From Dehalococcoidales bacterium (lineage in GTDB: Bacteria > Chloroflexota > Dehalococcoidia > Dehalococcoidales > BS750m-G39), in contig JAGMCH010000046.1 of assembly GCA_023129255.1 (NCBI GenBank), forward strand, positions 1-55,299: a stretch of 55,299 nucleotides of DNA, written 5' to 3'. The notes under the pieces were generated by a model. The model ran no database searches and was not told where the DNA came from. It saw nothing but the letters and a program-made list of their open reading frames with translations. This document shows, piece by piece, positions 48,826-55,299 of the stretch (positions within the stretch are counted from its first letter, which is position 1; every line of letters starts with the position of its first letter). The position numbers and the translations under genes are program-made.

Positions 48826-49608
48826 ATGTTGTCTTTACCGCAGAACCTGAGCCAGTTTGCCACCCTGGTGGATATTATCGCCAGGCTGCGGGCGCCTGAT
48901 GGCTGTCCCTGGGACAGGAAGCAGACCCATGCCTCGCTGCGGGAAAACCTGCTTGAAGAGTGCTACGAGGTGCTGGAGGCTCTGGACGAGGGGGACGCAG
49001 GGAAGCTTCGTGATGAGCTGGGCGACCTGTTGATGCAGATTGTGCTCCATACTCAGATTGCCACTGAAGCCGGGGAATTTGAGCTGGGGGATGTAATAGA
49101 GGGCATCAACGCCAAGCTAATCCATCGCCACCCCCATGTCTTTGGCTCCAAGAAGGTTAAGGATGCCGAGGAGGTGGCGCATAACTGGGAGGTGCTCAAA
49201 AAGGAGGAAAGAGAAGAAGGCGTTTCCATGCTGGAGAGCGTGCCGAAAAGTATGCCGGCTCTGGGCTACGCTCATGAAATTCAGCGCCGGGCAGCGTGGG
49301 TTGGCTTTGACTGGGAGGATGTTGACGGGGTTATTGACAAGCTGGCCGAGGAAGTCGGCGAGTTTAAGCAGGCGGAGACCGAGGAGCGGAAAGCCGGGGA
49401 GTTCGGCGACCTGTTATTTACCCTGGCTAATATTGCCCGCCGGCTGGGGATAGACTTAGAGGCGGCGCTGAGGCAGGCAAACCAGCGCTTTTACAAGCGT
49501 TTTACCTATATGGAGGAGGTCTGCCGCCAGCGGGGGCTAAACTTTGGCGATTTATCCTTTGACGAGCAAAACGCCCTGTGGGAGGAAGCCAAGAAGAAGG
49601 TAAAATAG
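48826..49608 (+). CDS. mazG: Nucleoside triphosphate pyrophosphohydrolase MazG
   Basis: [35 protein letters not shown]. Confidence 0.95.
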   Translation: MLSLPQNLSQFATLVDIIARLRAPDGCPWDRKQTHASLRENLLEECYEVLEALDEGDAGKLRDELGDLLMQIVLHTQIATEAGEFELGDVIEGINAKLIHRHPHVFGSKKVKDAEEVAHNWEVLKKEEREEGVSMLESVPKSMPALGYAHEIQRRAAWVGFDWEDVDGVIDKLAEEVGEFKQAETEERKAGEFGDLLFTLANIARRLGIDLEAALRQANQRFYKRFTYMEEVCRQRGLNFGDLSFDEQNALWEEAKKKVK

Positions 49609-49612
49609 AAAA

Positions 49613-49686
<74 letters not shown>

Positions 49687-49740
49687 GTACAAGTAATTAT
49701 ACGCTTACCTGCCTAAGTGGGCAAGTAAAGGAGGGACAAC

Positions 49741-50700
49741 ATGCACAGGTTATTTAGAAAAGCTTTGGACAATGCAAGTGGTCAATCAAAGTCTATAATT
49801 GCTGTCATCATTGATATCAGGGACTTTTCTGGTTTCAGTCAGCGGTGCGATTCTGTTGATGTGGCAGCATTTATAAGGAAAGTGTATATGAAAATAATTG
49901 ATGACTACTTCACCTCCGTATCTTTTTACAAATCGACAGGTGACGGACTTCTCTTAACTATTCCTTGGGAGGAAGAAAACTTAGAAGAAACGTCACAGAA
50001 AGTTATTGCAAGTTGCATAGCTTGTCATTCTCAATTTGCTGAAATATGTAGTGGTGACCCCGCGATCAACTTTGAAGTTCCCAACAAAATTGGTATAGGG
50101 GTAGCAAGAGGTAGTGCTTGTCGCCTAGTTTCTGGTAAGAGAACAATTGATTACTCGGGAAGACTCCTAAATTTAACTGCCCGATTGACTGACCTTGCCA
50201 GACCTTCAGGTATTGTTATTGATGGAGCCTTTGTTATTGATTTATTAACGGAGGAGCAGCAGAAGATTTTTGAAGAAGATAAAGTGTATTTAAAGGGGAT
50301 TCATGAAGAAGAACCAATAAAAATATATTACACTCCTGAATTTACTATAATTTCAAAATATAATAAACAGCCGATCGTGTCTAAAAGATGGCGAGAGCAA
50401 ACTGATGTCAAACTCTTTAAAGATTTACTAAAGCTAGGCCAGTTTTTTTTCTATTATTTAGATAGTGAGCCCCTTAGCCCAGATGACGTAGTAGTTAACA
50501 TTAAGCATGATAAAATCATTAACGGGGAAGCTCGTCCAGAGTATTATAGAACCTACGATTTTAGCGGATTTAATTATAAATTAGATAGAGGTAGGCCTCG
50601 TGTAGCTGTGGATTTCCCAAAGCTTTGCGAAAAGCTAGAGCAGGAAGGAGTTAAAGAAGATATGGAGATTACTATTACGGTTGCTTATGTTGAAAAATAG
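49741..50700 (+). CDS. AT-rich class III nucleotide (adenylate/guanylate) cyclase-domain protein with unknown C-terminal domain
   Basis: IIDIRDFS (first Asp), KSTGDG (second Asp), GIGVARG, DYSGRLLNLTARL, LKGI. Confidence 0.85.
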   Translation: MHRLFRKALDNASGQSKSIIAVIIDIRDFSGFSQRCDSVDVAAFIRKVYMKIIDDYFTSVSFYKSTGDGLLLTIPWEEENLEETSQKVIASCIACHSQFAEICSGDPAINFEVPNKIGIGVARGSACRLVSGKRTIDYSGRLLNLTARLTDLARPSGIVIDGAFVIDLLTEEQQKIFEEDKVYLKGIHEEEPIKIYYTPEFTIISKYNKQPIVSKRWREQTDVKLFKDLLKLGQFFFYYLDSEPLSPDDVVVNIKHDKIINGEARPEYYRTYDFSGFNYKLDRGRPRVAVDFPKLCEKLEQEGVKEDMEITITVAYVEK

Positions 50701-50711
50701 GTTACTATTTG

Positions 50712-51908
50712 ATGAAATATGGAATAGTGATAATTGACGGCGCTGCCGGCTCACCGTTACCTGAGCGTGGGGGCAAGACCTGCCTCGAGCTGGCTCAGAC
50801 CCCCAACCTTGATGCCACGGCTGGGGAAGGCGTGGTGGGGCTTGTCCGCACCGTGCCAGCGGGGATGGAGCCCTCCAGCGCCTGCGCCTGTATGTCGGTG
50901 CTGGGCTACGACCCCAAGGTCTATTACCGGGGGCGGAGTGCCATTGAAGCCCGGAGCCTGGACATCCCCATTGGCGAGGGGGAGGTCGTTTTCCGCTGCA
51001 ATCTGGTGGCGGTTCGGGATGGCAAAATGTGGAGCTACAGCGCCGGCTATATCAGCACCGAGGAGGCAAAACAGCTTATTGCTGCTTTAAATGATAGCTT
51101 AAGCGACGATAATGTCCACTTTTACCCCGGCGTCAGCTACCGGCATATCTTAAAGCTCAAGGGGCAGGAAGATACGCTCTCGGCTACCTGCACCCCACCG
51201 CATGATATCCCAGGTAAGCCTGTTGATGAGGTTATGCCCAGGGGTAAGGGAAGTGATATCTTGCGAGAGCTGATGAAGCGCTCGGAGGCGGCGCTCCGGG
51301 ACCATCCGGTGAATGTGGAGCGGAGGTCCCGCGGTGATATCCCGGCGACCATGATTTGGCTTTTCTGGGGCAGTGGCCAGGTGCCTGATATGCCCCAATT
51401 CAGGCAGGTCTATGGTCTTGGTGCTGCCCTCACCTCCGGGGTTGACCTGCTGCGGGGCTTGGCCAAGATGGTGGGGATGAAAGTTCTGAATATACCCGGG
51501 GTGACCGATGGCCTGGATAATGACTATGCGGCTCAAGCCGTCGGCGCCCTAGAAGCGCTTGAAGAGCGTGATTTGGTGGTTATCCACATTGAAGCGCCCG
51601 ATGAGGCAGCCCACGCCGGCTCCATTGATGATAAAATAGAGGCTATCCAAAAGGTGGATGGGGAGGTTATCAGTCGGCTGCGCTCCTGGGGTGGGGGCGA
51701 CCTTCGGCTGCTGGTTATGCCCGACCACCCCACCCCGATTAAGACCCGGACCCACAGTCCGGAGCCGGTGCCCTTTCTATTGTGGGGGGCAGGTTTTAAC
51801 TCAAATGGGGCAAAAAGATTCACCGAGGCTGAAGCTGAGAGCACTGGTCTTTTTATCGACGATGGGTATAAAATAATGGGTAGGCTGATAGGAGAGGTTA
51901 AAAGTTAA
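50712..51908 (+). CDS. apgM: Cofactor-independent phosphoglycerate mutase, ApgM type
   Basis: IIDGAA, TPNLD, GYDP, FRCNLV, PPHDI, HIEAPDEAAH, MPDHPTP. Confidence 0.88.
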   Translation: MKYGIVIIDGAAGSPLPERGGKTCLELAQTPNLDATAGEGVVGLVRTVPAGMEPSSACACMSVLGYDPKVYYRGRSAIEARSLDIPIGEGEVVFRCNLVAVRDGKMWSYSAGYISTEEAKQLIAALNDSLSDDNVHFYPGVSYRHILKLKGQEDTLSATCTPPHDIPGKPVDEVMPRGKGSDILRELMKRSEAALRDHPVNVERRSRGDIPATMIWLFWGSGQVPDMPQFRQVYGLGAALTSGVDLLRGLAKMVGMKVLNIPGVTDGLDNDYAAQAVGALEALEERDLVVIHIEAPDEAAHAGSIDDKIEAIQKVDGEVISRLRSWGGGDLRLLVMPDHPTPIKTRTHSPEPVPFLLWGAGFNSNGAKRFTEAEAESTGLFIDDGYKIMGRLIGEVKS

Positions 51909-53128
51909 TGGCTTTAATCGTTCAAAAATATGGCGGCTCGTCGGTGGCTGATGCTGAGAAGATTAAAAATGTCGCCCGGCGCATAGCCCAGGCTAAGGAC
52001 AAGGGCGACCAGGTGGTGGTTGTCGTCTCGGCGATGGGAGATACCACCGATAAGCTAATTGAACTGGCTGGTCAGGTTTCCAACCAGCCCAGTGACCGGG
52101 AGCTTGACCTTTTGCTTTCTACCGGTGAGATTGTTGCCTGCACCCTGCTGGCAATGGCACTGAAGGCTCTGGGCTATGAGGCAATTAGCCTCTCTGGTGC
52201 CCAGGCGGGAATAAGAACCGATGCCGTCTATAGCCGGGCTCGGATTCAGAAGGTTGACCCGGAAAGGGTGATTAGTGAGTTGGACAAGGGGAATATTGTC
52301 ATTGTTGCCGGCTTTCAGGGGATTACCGATGAGATGGACATAACCACCCTGGGGCGAGGTGGCTCCGATACCACTGCCGTGGCTCTGGCTGCCAGCCTGG
52401 GGGCGGAGGCTTGCCAGATATACACCGATGTTGAGGGTGTCTATACCGCCGACCCGCACCTTGCCTCTGAAGCCCAGCGGCTACCGGAGATTGGCTACGA
52501 CGAAATGCTGGAGCTGGCAACCTATGGGGCTAAGGTGGTTCACCCTCGGGCGGTTGAGCTGGGAGAGTTATTCAATATCCCTATTCTGGTAGCCTCCAGT
52601 TTCACCAATAATCCCGGTACATTAATTCATGGAGGGGCATCTATGGAAGTACGAAATAAGGTGAGGGGTGTAGCTTATGACCTTGATGTGGCTAAGATAA
52701 CGGTGGTTGGTGTTCCTGACCGACCGGGCATTGCCGCTTCTATTTTTGAACCCTTAGCCAAGGCCAATATCAGTATCGATACCATTGTTCAGAATGCCAG
52801 TATCAATAATATTACCGATTTATCCTTTACCGTGGCTAAAAGCCAGTTAGACAGGGCAATGGAGGTGGTGAAACCTATAGCCCGGTCAATTGGCGCCAGG
52901 GAATGTGTCAGCGACGCCAGATTGGGTAAGGTCAGTATCATTGGCACCGGGATGCAGAATACGCCGGGCTTTGCCGCCAAGATGTTTGGCACCCTCAGTG
53001 AGCGGGGGATTAACATCCAGCTGATTACCACCTCGGAGATAAGGATAACCTGTATTATTGATGAAGCCAGGGTCAAGGATGCAGTTCATGCCTTACACCG
53101 TGCCTTTGAGCTGGAAATAGAAGAATAA
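51908..53128 (+). CDS. lysC: Aspartate kinase
   Basis: VQKYGGSSV, VSAMGDTTD, TTLGRGGSDTTA, YTDVEG, two ACT domains. Confidence 0.95.
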   Translation: MALIVQKYGGSSVADAEKIKNVARRIAQAKDKGDQVVVVVSAMGDTTDKLIELAGQVSNQPSDRELDLLLSTGEIVACTLLAMALKALGYEAISLSGAQAGIRTDAVYSRARIQKVDPERVISELDKGNIVIVAGFQGITDEMDITTLGRGGSDTTAVALAASLGAEACQIYTDVEGVYTADPHLASEAQRLPEIGYDEMLELATYGAKVVHPRAVELGELFNIPILVASSFTNNPGTLIHGGASMEVRNKVRGVAYDLDVAKITVVGVPDRPGIAASIFEPLAKANISIDTIVQNASINNITDLSFTVAKSQLDRAMEVVKPIARSIGARECVSDARLGKVSIIGTGMQNTPGFAAKMFGTLSERGINIQLITTSEIRITCIIDEARVKDAVHALHRAFELEIEE

Positions 53129-53235
53129 TTTAGCCATACGGCGAGAAAATAGTTTCTTCTTACGCTTGATTTTGCTTGTTTAGCTGCTTTGGCTGGGGTA
53201 AAATACTATGATTCAGATTGGTCGAGGGTAGCAGG

Positions 53236-54006
53236 ATGGCGTATCAGGAAGAGGAACAGGTAAGGCTAAGGCGGCAGCGCAGCAAGCAAGCCATAGCTCT
53301 GGCGATGCAGGGTCAGTGGCGGGAGGCGGTGGCGGCTAACCAGGACATAATCGCCAGCTTCCCCAACGATGTTGATGCCTATAATCGTTTGGGCAGAGCC
53401 TATATTGAGCTGGGGGAGTACTCACAGGCAAAAGAAGCCTACGAGCGAGCTGTGGAGCTTGACCCCTATAATATCATTGCCCAGAAAAACCTTCATCGCT
53501 TGTCCTATTTAGGAGAGGCTGTAGCTGGCTTGGAGGCTGATTCTGATCGGGTTGAGCCCCAGCATTTTATTGAAGAGACGGGTAAGGCGGGCGTGGTCGA
53601 CCTCTATCACCTGGCACCACGAGAGATACTGGCCAAAATGGTGGCTGGAGATAGGGCATATTTGAAGGTAGATGACGAGGCTGGTTTAACCGTGGAAAAT
53701 GGTCATGGTGAGTATCTAGGGCAGGTCGAGCCCAAGCACGCGCAGCGACTTATTAAATTGATGGAGAATGGTAACCGGTATAGCGCCGCTATTGTCAGCT
53801 CAACGGAGGACGGGGTAACTGTCATTATCAAGGAGGTATATCAGGACCCCTCCCAGGTAGGGCAGCTTTCCTTCCCTTCAAGGGGGGGTGAGGGCCTTCG
53901 TCCTTATCTTAGCGATAAAATGCTCAGGCGTGAGTTGGAGTATATGGAGGCATTGGCTGATGAGTCTGCCGATGCTGAGGATAAGACCACTGATAGTCAT
54001 GATTAG
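53236..54006 (+). CDS. TPR-containing protein with C-terminal beta domain
   Basis: AYNRLGRAY.ELGEY.QA..AY..A.ELDP.N TPR; FIEETGK motif; upstream of gyrA. Confidence 0.85.
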   Translation: MAYQEEEQVRLRRQRSKQAIALAMQGQWREAVAANQDIIASFPNDVDAYNRLGRAYIELGEYSQAKEAYERAVELDPYNIIAQKNLHRLSYLGEAVAGLEADSDRVEPQHFIEETGKAGVVDLYHLAPREILAKMVAGDRAYLKVDDEAGLTVENGHGEYLGQVEPKHAQRLIKLMENGNRYSAAIVSSTEDGVTVIIKEVYQDPSQVGQLSFPSRGGEGLRPYLSDKMLRRELEYMEALADESADAEDKTTDSHD

Positions 54007-54022
54007 GAGGTTTTAATCAAGC

Positions 54023-55299
54023 ATGGTTTTAGGCAAGACCAAACCGGTAAATATAGAACATGAGATGAGTAGCTCTTACCTTGATTATGCTATGAGCGTC
54101 ATCGTTTCCCGTGCCTTGCCCGATGTGCGTGACGGATTAAAGCCGGTGCAGCGGCGCATTCTCTATGCAATGGATGGGCTGGGGCTAAATCATGCCAGCC
54201 CGCACAAGAAGAGCGCCCGTATTGTCGGCGAGGTGTTGGGCAAGTATCATCCTCATGGCGATGCCCCAGTTTATGAGGCGATGGTGCGTATGGCACAGAA
54301 TTTCTCTATGCGATATGTCCTGGTTGATGGGCAGGGCAATTTTGGCAGCATGGATAATGACCCCCCGGCAGCTATGCGCTATACCGAGGCACGCCTGGCT
54401 TCCATTTCTGAGCAGATGTTGGTTGATATTGATAAGGAGACGGTTGGCTTTATGCCCAACTTTGATGATAGCCTTAAGGAGCCTTTGGTTCTACCCACTC
54501 AACTGCCCAATCTGCTGATAAACGGCAGCGCTGGAATCGCCGTGGGTATGGCTACCAGTATCCCCCCTCATAATCTGGGAGAGGTATGCGATGCCATCTC
54601 TTACCTCATTGATAACCCTGAAGCCACCGTTGATGAACTCACCCAGTTTATTAAAGGGCCTGATTTCCCCACCGCTGGCATTCTCTTGGGGGGAGAAGGG
54701 ATTAAGAATGCCTATGCCACCGGGCATGGCAAGGTGATAGTTCGAGCTAAGGCTCTGGTGGGTGACATGCCGGGGGTGGGGCGGCGTCAGATAGTGGTTA
54801 CTGAGCTTCCGTATCAGACCAATAAGGCTGCCCTCGTGGAGAGGATAGCCGAGCTGGTCAAGGTCAGGAAGATTGACGGCATCAGTGGGCTGCGCGATGA
54901 GTCAGACCGTCAGGGCATGCGCATTGTCATTGAGCTGAAGAGAGAGGCTCAACCGAAGCAGGTGCTCAATAACCTCTATAAATATACCTCAATGCAGTCA
55001 GCCTTCTTCGTTAATATGCTGGCTCTGGTTGATGGTCAGCCCCGGGTAATAAGTCTCAAGGAAGCGCTTCAGTATTACATAGATTTCCGCCATGAGGTTG
55101 TCACTCGGCGCTCTCGGTTTGAGCTGAAACAGGCTAAGGCGAGGGCTCATATTCTGGAGGGACTTAAAATCGCCTTAGACCATATAAGTAGGGTGATTGC
55201 CACCATCAGAAAGTCGGCAACGGCTGAGGCGGCTCGCAAAGAGCTTATGAGCGGCTTCGGCCTGTCCCAGGCTCAGGCGCAGGCTATCCTTGATATGCA
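54023..55299 (+). CDS. gyrA: DNA gyrase subunit A (partial, runs off the window end)
   Basis: Manual translation: [50 protein letters not shown]...GKYHPHGD...AAMRYTEAR; AGGAGG RBS. Confidence 0.96.
   Translation, partial: MVLGKTKPVNIEHEMSSSYLDYAMSVIVSRALPDVRDGLKPVQRRILYAMDGLGLNHASPHKKSARIVGEVLGKYHPHGDAPVYEAMVRMAQNFSMRYVLVDGQGNFGSMDNDPPAAMRYTEARLASISEQMLVDIDKETVGFMPNFDDSLKEPLVLPTQLPNLLINGSAGIAVGMATSIPPHNLGEVCDAISYLIDNPEATVDELTQFIKGPDFPTAGILLGGEGIKNAYATGHGKVIVRAKALVGDMPGVGRRQIVVTELPYQTNKAALVERIAELVKVRKIDGISGLRDESDRQGMRIVIELKREAQPKQVLNNLYKYTSMQSAFFVNMLALVDGQPRVISLKEALQYYIDFRHEVVTRRSRFELKQAKARAHILEGLKIALDHISRVIATIRKSATAEAARKELMSGFGLSQAQAQAILDM

Noticed and set aside
49741-50700. Complete Pycsar system
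   Set aside because: No adjacent cNMP-binding effector gene; kept only as an orphan cyclase finding

Overview
Core-chromosome, origin-proximal segment of a bacterium that is most likely a Chloroflexota/Dehalococcoidia member (inferred from the gene order dnaA-obgE-nadD / gyrB-hisS / relA on one side and fmt-mazG-apgM-lysC-TPR-gyrA on the other, with no dnaN beside dnaA). It holds about 55 CDS (mostly housekeeping), tRNA-Ser(GCT), tRNA-Pro(CGG) and a probable oriC around dnaA. I see no integrase, transposase, prophage or CRISPR array. The unusual layer is non-coding. (1) A modular intergenic repeat family occurs at 11 or more sites. It is built from co-varying purine/pyrimidine palindromes, GAA/TTC mini-hairpins and a conserved 'hairpin + G3-N-G3-N-G3-N-G3 + AAGAAAGA' G-quadruplex module, one copy of which differs by a single base from the Neisseria pilE recombination G4. 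(2) Solitary AT-rich genes (DUF5677-like, AAA ATPase, radical SAM, nucleotide cyclase) are slotted into housekeeping operons, often next to these repeats. (3) Sharply bounded AT-rich patches lie inside essential genes, the largest covering the whole GyrB insertion domain. (4) A Nur-like Fur regulator has tandem operators, now apparently driving a foreign radical SAM gene that is followed by a cbiQ::cbiO deletion scar. All calls come from reading the sequence and ORF translations by eye. No database search was run, and GC values are hand counts on a few lines.
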